DNA from: Ylistrum balloti
Lineage: Eukaryota
Length of the DNA stretch: 64,000 bases
NCBI RefSeq assembly: GCF_031769215.1
Contig: NW_026781893.1
Coordinates: forward strand, 1,054,001-1,118,000
Reading direction: 5' to 3'
The stretch's first letter is position 1; each line of letters opens with the position of its first letter. Positions 1 through 13,720 of this stretch are shown piece by piece. The notes beneath the pieces are model-generated. The model worked only from the letters and a program-made list of their open reading frames with translations, did no database searches and was not told the origin of the DNA. A program made the position numbers and the translations under genes.

Positions 1-242
1 AAAAAATCTTATCTGGAGAACGTTTTTTTAATAAAACAATTGATCTTTTGATGAGAAAGACAAACTATTTTTCACAGTCAGGGAAAACTTTAACCACTGA
101 ACTTTAAGCCGTTCTTTTTACTGTGAATCTCTGTATAATCTAAAGTGGTGTCTGATTATTGTTTTACATATGAATGGATTATTAAGATTTTCCATGTGGC
201 TATTACAGAGACAGAAATGGATTACTTTTAATGTCTTTCTAG

Positions 243-375
243 GTGTTCTTCAGAAACACAAATGGGAAAATGCCATGACACTTGATCGTAAGTCTTGGGG
301 TTTCCGAAGGGACATGGAGTTATCTGATGTGCTAACCATAGAAGAACTCATCACTACACTGGCGGAAACGGTCAG
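243..375 (+). CDS. FUCA: alpha-L-fucosidase (GH29) internal exon; upstream exons lie outside the window
   Basis: AG at 241-242, GT at 376; encodes [23 protein letters not shown]...[11 protein letters not shown], a typical fucosidase segment; phase matches the next exon (AG|C = Ser). Confidence 0.93.
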
Positions 376-2849
376 GTACGTTCGGTAACGACTTTTAGTT
401 CTATTGCGTTTCCGTTGGTTTGTTTGTACCATGTCCTCCGTGTGGTGTCATCGACATTTTTTCTGTCGCTATTCGGTGTCTTACAGACAAGTCAGAAGTC
501 TGGTCACATTTATGTGATCAGTAGGATGGGTTTATAGTCAGATGCTCCTGTCCGTGGTGGGATATGGGCATTGAGTGGAGTGAAATGGACAAACTTTCAA
601 ATAAAAAAGCATATCGTTTTCAGGTAATGTCTGTCGATACTTAACTAGTGTCTAACAAAAATCTGGCATGCTACACATACATTGAACTAGATAAAATTAT
701 ATGTGTTGTTTTGGAAAATAAGGAAAACATAAATTTTATTAATTTAGTACTTTATTACATAATTGACGCGTTTGTCTAGACCCCTTACAAAGACTATTAT
801 AATGAATGGATACACATTAAACCACCTAATTTGGAACCCAATAAGGCTTCTTGATCCTAGAATCTGATTGACCATGTCAGTGTTGGTCTACATCGTACAG
901 TAATGTAGTTCTAATGGTAAAAGTCGACCATACCTAATGCCTTGAAGATGACGTTGTTAGCGAAATCTACATTATTTTAAGTTTGTCTTAAAACTCTTGG
1001 ATGCAAAGGCTTACTGGTTTCCAACTGTATGTTGTAAATAGTACAGGACACAGGGTCCTTTGTCCCGGTGGCCAAAAAATGCTTCTGGGAACACAGTGTT
1101 ATGCTCTAGAATATATTCTCTTGTAAGATGATCGTTTCCGAGGAACAAAGGAACAATGGTTATTTCAGATGCTTTTACTATGGAATGAAATGTTTTCGAT
1201 ATACTGGAAACTGACATGTTAAAAAGAGTTGAACACTGTTTCCATGTCCGTCTTTATTTTTACCCGGAACAAGAGTAGTGCATCCTAATGGTATGGGGTG
1301 TAAATACCAGTGTCAAACAGAGGAGGAACAATAAGAAATTGCTATCAGAAACTGTTCTTGTCCAACCAGTCCAGGCTTCACAACCTGCATCATCCAGAGG
1401 GGATGAAAATTCTTCATACATAGTGTACATTTTGCGTGGGAAGACTGGCCATGAAATCGATACTCTATGGATAACAGTGGGATGTTTCGTCACGTATCAA
1501 CACCAACGTTTTGACCTCCAAGTTGTTTCTGATAATTCTTAAAACACTTAGCACACATACCATTCTCTTGATCATCATTAAAGTAATTGCCATCTGCTTT
1601 TAAAACATCAAACAACAAGTTGCGCTAAAGTCTCCGTCTTAGTAGAAAATGTAGAAAGTAATGTGAAAAGAACAAGTGATGATATCGAGGTATATGATGT
1701 ATATAATACATTGTTGAAAGATTTGTATAGTAACTAACGCTCATAAAATATATCGTATTTAACGTCCTTATTATAATTGACAGATATATTCATGTATGTG
1801 TACTAGGGGTTGTTAATGATAAAGAAAGGCAAATTTGTGTGAAGGCTTGGAAATGTCCAATTTCGTTCGTCATTGAGGTGATACACATCAAAGCCAAAAA
1901 TCAACACTTAGTTGAGAAATGGTGAAGTTTCGATATTTGGGCAGGGTTAGGGCAAGAGATAAATTGAGCTATCTATATGCTAAATACCTTTTGAATGACA
2001 ATTTGACTAAAAATTGACGCTTTTCTCTCAAAATACTTAAAAAGTCAATAACATCGGAGGTTTACTTACTGTTTTAGTATTTTAGTATCTAATTTTTGGT
2101 TCGAAGCTTCCTGTTTTGCTAAAATATGATTTTTTTTATCTGTTTTGTGACTATCGGCGTTCATAGTTTAATAGTTTAGTTACGTAATTAGCTAAATAGG
2201 CATGTGCGTCATCGAATAATTTGGATTAAATGTAAAGCAAAGGGAATCAGTTTTGATGGCAATGTATCGGTGAGTAGTCTCGAACGGTGAACAATATATA
2301 GACAAACATCTCTGTGAAATTAGCTTTGCTGGAAACCTCAGCTTTGAGCTACGTCCACAAACAAGAGTTGCCTCCTGTAGATCATGTGTCGTGAATTGAG
2401 CCTGCCGCACAATTTGATGAATTCGTCAGCAATTTTTTTTTTTTTTTTTTTATAAAATACGAGTATATTAGTATGCAGTAATCAGTCATTAATTAATTAA
2501 TTAGTAATTAATATAAAAAGTGTACTAACTCATTAACTCATTGACTAAAACAATTTATTAAGTATAATTAGAATTTGGTAGTTTCCAATTTGTTGTTTCG
2601 AAGGGAAAGACCTTAAATACGGGCCATCAAAATATAAAGCTGTTAGCGTGTTTCTCAATTGTTGTGAAATAAATGAAATTAATATTTTGATGAACGCGAA
2701 GGTGCTGATAATGTTGACTTGTGCCAAATTTTCTTGTCATAGCAAATGAAATAACTAAAACTAATTTTGACAATGTGGTTTCCTAGCAAAATAAATATGA
2801 CTATTCCTCCTGTGTTTGTATGACTAGTTTATCACTGGTTTATTAATAG

Positions 2850-3020
2850 CTGTGGTGGTAACCTGTTGGTGAATATTGGCCCCACCTCTGACGGGACAAT
2901 TCCTCCTGTGTTTGAGGAAAGGCTTCTACAGATGGGAACGTGGCTGCGGGCTAATGTTGATTATGTTTACGACAGTAAACCGTGGCACTATCAAAACGAC
3001 ACACACACACCAGGAGTTTG
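2850..3020 (+). CDS. FUCA: alpha-L-fucosidase exon
   Basis: AG 2848-2849, GTAAG at 3021; encodes [46 protein letters not shown]...TPGVW, with the GH29 GGNLLxNxGP motif; missed by the ORF track. Confidence 0.95.
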
Positions 3021-3252
3021 GTAAGTTTTGAAATAGAAAGAATTAGTGGTACAGTCACAATTACGTTTGATTCACACGTTTTAGTAACGTAGGGGGCAGA
3101 TTGAAACGTCACTTGTTTGCGAGAGTAACGTCATAAATTTGTGCGAAAGCGACGTGAATTTCTCACGCAAACTAATGACGTAACAAACAATACGCGATCA
3201 CAAGAGCAGATAACTGTGCATTACATATACATTATTTTTCTGTGTCTGCCAG

Positions 3253-3514
3253 GTACACTGCGAAGAAGATCAGTATGGTGACTATTGTTTACGCATTCGT
3301 CCAGAAGCTGCCAGAGTCCGGTTTTTTGTACCTTGGTGCCCCTATCCCGGGGGACCCTTCCTTCTGTCAGGTTACCCTTCTAGGAACCGTTTATAAGTTC
3401 CCATGGACCACTGGGCCACAAGGTGGTATGAACATTTCTGTATCTACCGTCACAAAGGAAGTACCGTATTCCTGGGGCTGGGTTTTCTCTCTGTATGGAC
3501 TGAAAAACCAGTAA
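3253..3514 (+). CDS. FUCA: alpha-L-fucosidase terminal exon (C-terminal beta-sandwich)
   Basis: AG 3251-3252, phase 2 (TG|G = Trp); WYTAKK...IVYAFVQKLPESGFLYLGAP...WGWVFSLYGLKNQ*, same layout as the FUCA C-terminus. Confidence 0.9.
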
Positions 3515-3876
3515 CAATGATTAAAGTGTGATAATTCTCAGTATCAGGTATGCTGGAGTCGAAGTCTTCTACCATTTCATACGTGTCGTTATTGTTGTCA
3601 TTATCAAACTGTAGTAATGGTTATACAGATGTAGTTAATCGTCTGTGATCTGTCTGACTGTTGGAGTTAGTTAATTTGGAGAGCAAACTCAACGAACACA
3701 GTTGATATATATGTTTTAAAAAAACGAGATCTATAATTATCTGAATCACTATCAATTAGGAGAACGAAGTCGCAGATATATTCTTTATCATGCATGAACA
3801 TTTAATATAACTTATTTTCCATGAAACTGTGCTCTGTGCCTTCATCGACTATTAATTTTTACTTGTACAGCGTAAC

Positions 3877-4966
3877 CAAATTGATGTGTTCAACAAAGGT
3901 AGTATTACAAGACAGACACGTTTGTGACAAATTGATATGTTTAACAAAGATAGTATTACAAGACAGACACATTTGTGACTTGTGACAAATTGATATGTTT
4001 AACAAAAATAGTATTACAAGACAGACACGTTTGTGACAAATTGATGTGTTTAACAAATTGATGTGTTTAACAATGATAGTATTACAAGACAGACACGTTT
4101 GTGACAAATTGATGTGTTTAACAAAGATAGTATTACAAGACAGACACGTTTGTGACAAATTGATGTGTTAAACAATGATAGTATTACAAGACAGACACGT
4201 TTGTGACAAATTGATGTGTTAAACAAAAATAGTATTGACAGACACGTTTGTGACAAATTGATATGTTTAACAATGATAGTATTACAAGACAGACACGTTT
4301 GTGACAAATTGATGTGTTTAACAAAGATAGTATTACAAGACAGACACGTTTGTGACAAATTGATGTGTTAAACAAAAATAGTATTACAAGACAGACACGT
4401 TTGTGACAAATTGATATGTTTAACAAAAATAGTATTACAAGACAGACACGTTTGTGACAAATTGATGTGTTTAACAAAGATAGTATTACAAGACAGACAC
4501 GTTTGTGACAAATTGATGTGTTTAACAAAGATAGTATTACAAGACAGACACGTTTGTGACAAATTGATGTGTTAAACAATGATAGTATTACAAGACAGAC
4601 ACGTTTGTGACAAATTGATGTGTTAAACAATGATAGTATTACAAGACAGACACGTTTGTGACAAATTGATGTGTTAAACAAAAATAGTATTACAAGACAC
4701 ACGTTTGTGACAAATTGATGTGTTAAACAATGATAGTATTACAAGACAGACACGTTTGTGACAAAATTGATATGTTTAACAATGATAGTATTACAAGAGA
4801 GACACGTTTGTGACAAATTGATGTGTTTAACAATGATAGTATTACAAGACAGACACGTTTGTGACAAAATTGATATGTTTAACAATGATAGTATTACAAG
4901 ACAGACACGTTTGTGACAAATTGATGTGTTTAACAAAAATAGTATTACAAGACAGACACGTTTGTG
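3877..4966. repeat. 51-bp minisatellite, about 21 copies
   Basis: unit acaagacagacacgtttgtgacaaattgatgtgtttaacaaagatagtatt; gives the 17-aa periodic ORFs on the minus strand. Confidence 0.95.
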
Positions 4967-5544
4967 GATATTTGCATTTGCTCATTTTATTTTCTATTTT
5001 GATATTTAAAGTTAAAATGAAACTCATTTTCAATTGATCGAGTTTCATATCTTTACACTTTCCCTTTGTACCAAAGCGATTTCGTTTCACATCGTATTCC
5101 GAGCCAAATATGGCTTATATTTTAAGGCACTGACCTTGTATTCTCTATATCAGTATACGTGTCAAATATCTCGCTTGGTTAGAGAATGTCAAACTGAAAA
5201 TTATAGAGTATATTGGAAAAACCCGTTCACCAAAATGGGAATTTCATAGCATTTACATGCTTCGAATTCAATACAACAGATAATTTTAGGTTGAACATAA
5301 TATCTTTCCTTTTTATTTAAAGAAAAATCCTTTAATCGCAATGACACCAAACATCATTTCAATTCGATTTTGAATGAAACGATACATTACGTGTAGTTTA
5401 AATTAAACATGAATTACGGAAACTAGGATGTAGCAGATATATGGATATCTGATAACGTTATGCGTACCTACATATACACTTACGGCATATCTCGTCAGAT
5501 AAAAATATGTGCCACTCATAACACTCACACAAAATTCTCACCGG

Positions 5545-5645
5545 TACATACATACATACACACATACGTACGTAAGTACATACAAACATACATACATACA
5601 TAACTAGCCACCCACCCACTCACCCACACACATGCATGTATGTAT
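5545..5645. repeat. compound (CATA)n/(CACC)n microsatellite
   Basis: visible tetranucleotide runs. Confidence 0.8.
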
Positions 5646-7747
5646 GTAATATTACTTATATCACATGTATATCGGGCGAATCTCTGGAACAAGGCCGTGT
5701 TCACTTTGTTTTGAAATAATTTTTTTCAGGGAACGTTTGTAAAGAACATAAAAAAGTCTATTCTTGTTGAACTTGCTAGTTCCATTCAAGAATACAATTT
5801 TGGACAAATACACATACACTGCATTTTATATTGAAATTGTTTTATTTTTATAAAGTTATTTATTTTGCTAGTTTCTTATGCACGGTTTGAAATTATTTTC
5901 GTCATATTTTGTGGATTCTTCACCAGTACTGTGTTGATATACAAATATACAGTAAGGAGACATCAGAAGATCTCGGTTTTATCGATTATATACACAAAAT
6001 GTCAGTGCTCAGCTTGTATTGATCTAGCTAACAGAGATTGCTTATCGTCAGCTGTATATCGTTACACAATTTATAGGTTAGGAGTGTGCAGGACCATGTT
6101 ATTACTGCAGCTGTGCAGGGTTTAGCATAGCTTGGTGTTAAAAAAAATACCAACATGTCAACATTATCATAATCCAAACTGAAATTCCATAAAACTAGGG
6201 CAAAATATGAATAAAGGAAAACTTTTCAGGGAGACTTCTTAAAAAGTACAAGGATAATAAGAAAAGGTGTTCCGGGAGTGTAAGCGTCTGTTGCTTCATT
6301 GACGACATCCGCCATGTAAACACTGGTCAATCACAGTATATACGGTCACAATGACGTTCTATAATGAGAACAAGGCATACAAAAGCAGAACCAACAGACA
6401 AACTAACGAGCATCAAACAAGCCAAGCTTCATATCGCACAACGGAACCATCATGTACACTAACGAGCATCAAACAAGCCAAGCTTCATATCGCACAAAGC
6501 AATAAAATGTTTCTCAGTTAGATCACTCTGACAACCATAAAACATCCCCATAATTTTTATCAACCTGCATATTTTGAACCATGTGTAAAGAATATGTCCG
6601 TCAGGGGACGACTTTTTAAGTTCAGAATAAAATACGAGTGCAAAGTATCAATATGGTAACAGTGTAGAGTCAGTATACAGACTCAGAACTGAACGTCAAA
6701 CTAACGAGCATCAATCACGTCCAGCTTCGTGTATAGAATATTTTAAGTTAATAGGTATGGTTATGATTGCAGTATTTAATACAAGCATATCATCTTAAGC
6801 CAAACGTGTGACTTTATAGAGATAAGCATAAAAATAAAGCTTGTTTTCTTAATATTGGTTTATAGAAAAAACGAGCTTCGTTTTCATTATCTGAACTAAG
6901 TAAATGAATGGTGATTGCTTTCGTAAGTTTATGTTTGATGAAAGAAAAACATGAAAATCCATACTATCTGAGAGCATTACACCGCAGAGCGGTGTCTTTT
7001 AACTCAGTCCGTATAAAACCAAACTACACTTATAGTTTAATGGAAAATACAATACCAATACAATGTTCTAGTTTTAAAATATGTGGTTTTAGTAGAAAAG
7101 GCTTTACATTTGTTGTTCTATAGAGTAATTTATTCAATATTAAGTATTAAAAGTCTTAATATAAGGTCCACATCCTGAATGATATCCAGAATTTGTATTA
7201 TATCTTAATCTGTCATCGAATGAAAATTACGGTTGTAAATTAAATCGCTACTGATGCATTTACGGGTTTCCTTTAATCTGTCATCAATTAAGGATTGATT
7301 GTCTATTTTGTTGCTTGCATGGACTGATGAAGGGAAGTGAACCTCGTGCAAATGAAGTGAACTGTGAAGCATCAGTCCATGCAAGCAACAAAATAGATAA
7401 TCAATCATTTACATTTACTATTTTAAAATTCCTGCTGAAACATTATGCCTTCTACGGACACTGCACTACACGACAGTGATGGTTTGCGACATTGTTGTAC
7501 TTATCGTACATGTGTGTACACATGTGGGACAGCAGTCATCAAGCTGCTCTCGTCGTCAAGACAACAAAAAAAATAGTTCTTGTAAGTTTTTATTTGTTTC
7601 ATGTTTATACACTTAAATATATCATACTTGCCAACTTTTTGAAATTTTCATGGGGGAGAAAAATATGTGAACGACATTTTCAACTCGGTCGCTCAGTTTC
7701 GCGTTATCAGGAATAACCACATCATCATGAATTTGCATAATCCAGTA

Positions 7748-7925
7748 CTGTTTTATCCTGCAATAAGCCCATGCCATATAATAAGCCTATCCATGTCTTT
7801 TTCAGAGATTTCAAAATTCACTGCCTTACATAAACTATCCCTGCATTCTGCAACAAGCTCACCCCCACATATTGTTCAATATCACTAAACATTGGCTTCC
7901 TGGGCTTATTGCAGGGTAAATACAG
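7748..7925. mobile_element. 178-bp MITE, Tc1/mariner-type (TA target duplication)
   Basis: left end ctgttttatcctgcaataagccca is the near-perfect inverted repeat of right end tgggcttattgcagggtaaatacag; flanked by TA at 7746-7747 and 7926-7927. Confidence 0.75.
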
Positions 7926-8369
7926 TAAACGTTCCAATCAAAGCATTTGAGATCACTCTAGTATAGACCTACAGAAATAACAACATTTGATGTTTTAGCT
8001 ATTTGTTTCATTTAACAAATTTGATCAATTCTTCTACAACAGAATTGAGAAATTAATGTGATTTATTTGCATCAAATGTTGTTTTTTTCTGATGGAAAAT
8101 TTTAAATAACCAGACAAGTGCAATTGATTTTTAAGTTTTTAATAATCAAATCTTGCATTGATGTTGGATGCTCTTTTGTAGAAATAAATTATATCAAAAT
8201 AGAGATCTCACTCTGACTCTGAACACAAGTCCATAAAGAAAAAAAACCCAATCACAACAACCACACAACATAATCTTGCATCCAAACCATTACAAACATG
8301 TCACTAATTTAAATAATTTAATTTTAATTTATTTTACATAGAAACTCAGTCTAATCTCTGAAGATAGAG

Positions 8370-8995
8370 GGGGAACATGACAGTTCCTTATTGTAGCTAA
8401 CACATGCAGACTTCGCGGTCGCTAAAGTCGTTGTCGATGGCTTATAGTTGTAGCAGTCCTCATCCCTGTTCAGCTTGCAGGTCAGTAAAGCTGACAAAGT
8501 TGACTGGTCTAAAAGTGATCTTTGGTCCGTTTGTACATTCCGTAGCACTGAAAACACTCGTTCACAGTCAGCGTTGCTGTTCGGCAGGGTACACAATGAT
8601 GTCATCACACTGCAGTTGTCTGACATGAAGCTGATGCAGTTTCTCCATGGTATGTCGTAATCCGTCAGGACCTGATTGAGGTGATGAAAGATGTTCTGTC
8701 CAGTTCCAATGTTACATATCGGCAGGGCAAGAAACTTTGTTGTGGCAAGTTTGTCGAAGTATCGCACAAGAATGTCTAAACTCTTCTCACCGTTGTGGTC
8801 ATTGCTTTCATCACAGCTCAGTGAAAATGGATGGCTCTGGCAGTGCTCCACAACCTCTTCTTTCAAGACCGGGGCAAGTGACCTCTTGATGATCTGTGTT
8901 GTCTTGGTCCTTCCACAGTGAAACTTCTGTGCAATTTTACTGTCTGAAACATCTGCTTACATAGCTTTGTGAAGTGGTCAGCGGTGTTGAAGGAC
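8370..8995 (-). pseudogene. hAT-family transposase remnant, frameshifted and internally deleted
   Basis: SFNTADHFTKLCKQMF(fs)DSKIAQKFHCGRTKTTQII...FSLSCDESND...LVRYFD...CISFMSDNCSVM joined to LPNSNADCERVFS...DQRSLL (dimerisation domain); 1-bp deletion near 8945. Confidence 0.88.
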
Positions 8996-9327
8996 CCTGG
9001 GTGTGTGTGTGGGGTTATATACATATGTAACATGAAATGGTCATTCATAACAAATATTTATAATGTTTTTTTTATAATTAAAATAGCTAACATATTCAGA
9101 AATATTATTCTTACCTCGCAGTGTTAACTATATTACGAAGTGTGATTTGGCCCATTCACGGGACTCTTTTTTCGATGGTGGGGGTGTTCTTTTTTTCCCT
9201 TGTGGTTGGGTGTCACTGACTCTACAGGTAGGTAAAAAATTCCACTTTCTTATTAATTTGGCTTTATTGTCAGGCGGAGATGTCAAGCAATATTCAACTT
9301 TGCCTTATATTTTTTAAACATGAATTA

Positions 9328-10305
9328 TTAACCTTGAAGTATTCCAACTGCCCACTTTATATTTGACTTTGTAGATTTTGACTGGACTTGATCCTCAAAG
9401 TGCCTAATCTGATAATCTGTTACTGTCTTAAATCGCTTAGTAACAGAATGATTTAGGCCTAGATTTGACTGAGTGATGGGTGGTGACATGATATGAGTAA
9501 CTGACATCTCGGGTCTTGGCAGATTTTCATATGCAGGGGTTTTCAGTAATTTGTTGACTTCTGCAACAATAACTGGGTCAGAGACAGAGGAGATGTCGGC
9601 GGTCACAGGGCCCCCAACAACTCTTCATCGGCATTATCATCTTCCATAGACTCATGACTGTCGGAATTACCAGGGCTGAGTAAAATCTCAGGTAACTGGA
9701 CACCAAATTCTCCTAACTCGGTTGGCTCTATATCGGAAGAGATACCTGAGCTGTCGCTGTGATCACTCATGATTGAGCAGACGACTGATGATAGATACAG
9801 CGGCTGCAACTGTATTAAATCTTTGTTCAATATTGAGGATATACAGATTATATGATGTTAAAAAGTATAAAAGCAACACAAACAATCAGAAAAATATTTT
9901 TAATTATGTTATCACACACAGGTATTGTCTCGTACCTACGTGACCTACAAACGTGTAGATGGTATGAAATAGATCGCAAGAGTAAACAATGTATTCCTTC
10001 GCCGACAGAAAGTGATTCGCCGCTCAGAAAAAAAAGCACGCGACCCACTTCTTTCATTGGGAAATGCAACGAAGTGACATTTCTAGTTTCAGTCAAAATG
10101 TAAATATTGAAAATTACGGTTATAAAGTAACTCGCTACTGATACTTTCACGGGCTGCCTTTGATGTATTTCTATTACAAATTGAAGACTGAAACGTAAAC
10201 ATTGCAATATACTCTGTAGGTTTTTTAATCATTATCTTACGAGTACCTGTTACTCACGCCTTCGCTACCGGTACGTTCGCCTATTCTATTTACCTTAAAT
10301 AAATA
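9328..10305 (-). mobile_element. Crypton-like (DUF3504/tyrosine-recombinase-associated) 5' remnant
   Basis: acidic Ser-rich leader followed by KRFKTVTDYQIRHFEDQVQSKSTKSNIKWAVGIL, resembling the RF..VT...I......K.T..NT.WAV motif upstream of Crypton/DUF3504 domains; the catalytic domain is absent; the right boundary is approximate. Confidence 0.55.
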
Positions 10306-10309
10306 GTCT

Positions 10310-10458
10310 GGGGATCCCTGACAGCTAAACGTGAAGTGTTTGGTTTTCCATATTAGATAACGTAAGTAGATGACGTTCGGTACACGGTACAATCCCTTAT
10401 AAGCTTTATCTCTGGCTAAGCGTCACTAGACACACCGGAGAATAGGTGCAACATACAG
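10310..10458 (+). promoter_or_regulatory. candidate promoter and non-coding first exon of dual-LRAT gene 1
   Basis: 10310-10350 aligns to 33599-33640; donor CAG|GTAAG at 10459; intron start 10459-10690 is homologous to 33738-33960. Confidence 0.65.
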
Positions 10459-10738
10459 GTAAGATCTCAATATGTGTTTTACATTTAAACGAATTATCTG
10501 ACAAGGCATGATAGAAATCCGAGAATCTGGATGAATTAACATGCGCATATTATTTCATGTTGAATGTGATAGAAGGGAAATTTTGTTTATTATTATAAGT
10601 TTGTGTTTTAGAGTTGATTAACCAACGAAATGTTTAACATGGTCAAAGGTACATAACAAAACTTGGCTTGTTTCAGACTTTCACTATCATGCCATGATAA
10701 ATTGTCCTTAATACATTAAGTATGTCTCACGGCTTTAA

Positions 10739-11467
10739 AGCCCCAATATACGTAAAAATCACTATAAAAAACAAACTTTATCTTATTTTCCCCGTAATAT
10801 ATGTAACAAAACAAATACTTTCCTTTAATTAAAGAAAATAAAACTGACTGTTCTCAATTTAAATAAAAATTGAAAAAATCGGAAAATAAACAATGTGGGA
10901 CCACAATAATTCATATATTACCGCTCGTAGCGATGACATTGCGCATGCGCATATTCCGCGTGTTTAAACATGGCAGACACAGTACAGACGTTCACCAGTC
11001 GCTTCCTTTTTTTCCAATCATACATCAGGCCAGTTCTGAATTCTTACGTTATAATTGTGCGTCGTATCGTTTCTAAACTAATTGTTCCTTCTAATAATTT
11101 CCCAAAAACTGAATGTTTATCACAGAAATACCTCAAGACTTCGCAAACAATGTTTGTAAACAAAAACTTACCGTAGACATATCTGCATGTGCTTCCTCTA
11201 TAAGTAGAAACCTCAACTCTCGCGAGATCAGGTCATGAACTTCCCGACGTGGTTCGAAAACAATCGTAATTTCGATGGCGGAGTGTTTAAAATGGAGGTG
11301 TGTTTACAAATAACGAGTTTCAACTGCTCATATATCCATACTTTATGCACAAAGTCATGGTAACTATTGTTTGAATAACTTAATTTTAACTACATCATAG
11401 ATAATATCTCAATAATTATGTGTGATTCTACACTAAATTTTTGGTGAATGTTACGTATATTGGGGCT
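10739..11467. mobile_element. non-autonomous Kolobok-type DNA transposon (729 bp)
   Basis: perfect 17-bp TIR AGCCCCAATATACGTAA / TTACGTATATTGGGGCT, TTAA on both sides (10735-10738, 11468-11471); purine-purine terminus plus TTAA fits Kolobok rather than piggyBac. Confidence 0.85.
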
Positions 11468-11889
11468 TTAATGGGCTAATTCATTTACTCATAATTTACA
11501 TTCTCTCTGAATAAGCATCATAGTGAGTGATGTATTAAGCAGAGAACGGTACGCTGTGGCTCACTTAAAATAGTTACCTTCAACACCATGACTGATAGTA
11601 TGAGGCTGAAAGTTTCAAAACACCTAGAAACAGTTTGGTCACTCTAGTAATAAAAAAATGTGTGTAATATGCTGTAATGTCTTACAAGGTTTCGTTGTAA
11701 GTTTAACTGATATACTGCATCGCTACATATATTGAAAAATGTGATACATTATTTAGTTTAGGCAACTTGTATTGTGATAATTATGATATGACCTATTTAA
11801 GGTTTTCCACCAAAAAGTGAAAAGATCAATTGTTTTTGGTTGTGTCTTTTATGTTATTCTTCTTCCGAATATGTGGGTTCGTAATCTTT

Positions 11890-13720
11890 TAAACGGTAAG
11901 GGATAGGCTCGCAACCAATATAGTATGCATCTGAACTTATTACTGCCGCATTTTTAAGTAGGTCAAAGATCCAATATGGCCGCCATGACCCAATTACCAG
12001 AAATTCTAAAAACAGCAATAACTCGAAAACTATTTGACCTACGAACTTGCTACATTATTTTTTATGTAGAGGAGGGTCATATCTAACTTCTTTTTTCTAC
12101 ATGTTAATAGAAATTCGTTCAAATGAAAAAGCTCGCCAAGGGGTCAGGGTCACCTAGAAATAGAAAAACACAATTATCAGATTTTTTCGAATTTTTTCCA
12201 CAGTTCAATGCAAAATGTAACTCCGATCATTTTAGTGTCTACATTTCTTCTGTGACGTCATTCTATGACGTTTTACGTCATTTTCCCATAATTGAATGTA
12301 AAGTGCAGACAAAAAGTTTGAACGAAAATTACTCCATGATCCTACGATGAAGTTTTGTATAATTGTTATGATTTTCAACTTTGTCGGAAACAAAATGGCC
12401 GCCATGACTCCATATTTGATTTTTCCCTAACGTCAGTATTTCAATAATGACGTGACATTTTTGGATCTTTGGATATATTATGTAGAATTGAAAATAAATG
12501 GCACTTCTCATCGGACTTTTTTGCGTCAACTTCCGGTTTTCAGCAGTGGTCAAAGTTTAAAAGTGCAATGTAGTGTACCAAACTAACAGAAACGTCTTCA
12601 TAAGTTGGGAAAGGTCTAAACGTTCGCCATTTCACACACATTATGCTAAGGTAATTGCCTATTAGGGTTGTTAATACGGATGACCTTCACCAACTTTCTA
12701 GGTCAAGGGGGGGTCAATTATATTGATATCATTAAATGACGTTCTCTTACTTTTCAAGAGGAAAACAGTTACGTGTTTCGGTTAACAACCTCTTGCAGAG
12801 ACTTCTTTTTGATTGGTTTTAGCAAAACTTCCACAAAAGACCAACTTCCGGTTTTCCTTAGTCGTCAAAGTTTTAAAAACTTCAATGCAGGCAATCAACA
12901 TAAACGAAACTTATTCTCAGGTTTGGAAAGGCCTAGAGGTGCGATATATCACAAACATAATGCTAAGGTAATCGTCTATTAAATTTGTGAAAATGAATTA
13001 CCTTGACCTACTTTCTAGGTCACGGGAGCCAATTATATTAATATCATTAAATGGCGTTTTCTTACTTTTTAAGAGGAAAACAGTTACCTGATTTGATCAA
13101 CAACATTCTGCGGAGGCTCGCTTTTGATTGGTATAAGCAAACCTTCCACAAAAGACCAACTTTGGGCTCAAAGTTCAAAGCTTCAATGTAGGGTACCAAC
13201 GTATACGAAAATTCTTAGTTAAAATGGGCCTAGAGACTTGATATCTCATGCATATAAAGTAAATATAATTGTCTGTAACTGTTGTTAATATGGATGACCT
13301 TGACACACTTTCAAGGTCCCATGGGTCAATTATATTAATATAGTTTAATGACGTTTTCTTACTTTTTAAGAGGAAAACAGTCACGTGTTTCGGTTAGCAA
13401 ACTTTTGTAGAGATTTGCAATCGTCTCTTAATATTTAAACTTTTTTGAGAAATCAAACTTCCGTTTTCCGTTAGATGTCAAAAATTTCATTAAGTGCTAT
13501 TTGGTCTACCAAACGTTTAGAATCTTCTTGAGTTCTGTAAAGCCTGAGGTCCTGTTATTTCACATTTGTAGCATGATAACATAATGGTCAATCGAGTTTG
13601 ATAATATAAATTACCTTTACCCATTTTCAAGGTCACAGGCGTCTATCATGTACAAAATTCATGAGAATTAAATTTAATAAGCAATTCCTTAAAACCCTCC
13701 TGTGGTCCTGTAGTCACTTA
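11890..13720. mobile_element. interspersed element with four internal ~300-bp tandem units (Helentron/HINE-like)
   Basis: marker gaggaaaacag at 12758, 13073 and 13370, plus a degenerate fourth unit at 13500-13650; repeated atggccgccatgac; class assignment is an inference and boundaries are approximate. Confidence 0.5.

Noticed and set aside
760-975. Hammerhead/Penelope-like echoes (gacgcgtttgtct; tgaagatgac...gcgaaa)
   Set aside because: Core nucleotides and stems are too degenerate to support a call
1011-1542. ORFs in the FUCA intron, including NDHLTREY resembling ENLTREY of the LRAT genes
   Set aside because: Only a 5-residue match with no flanking cysteines or other similarity; no family recognised
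3859-5090. Cys-rich periodic minus-strand ORFs
   Set aside because: Translations of the 51-bp minisatellite
9110-9335. Spliced Crypton-hAT chimeric protein
   Set aside because: The apparent middle exon has a stop in the required phase and the hAT part is frameshifted
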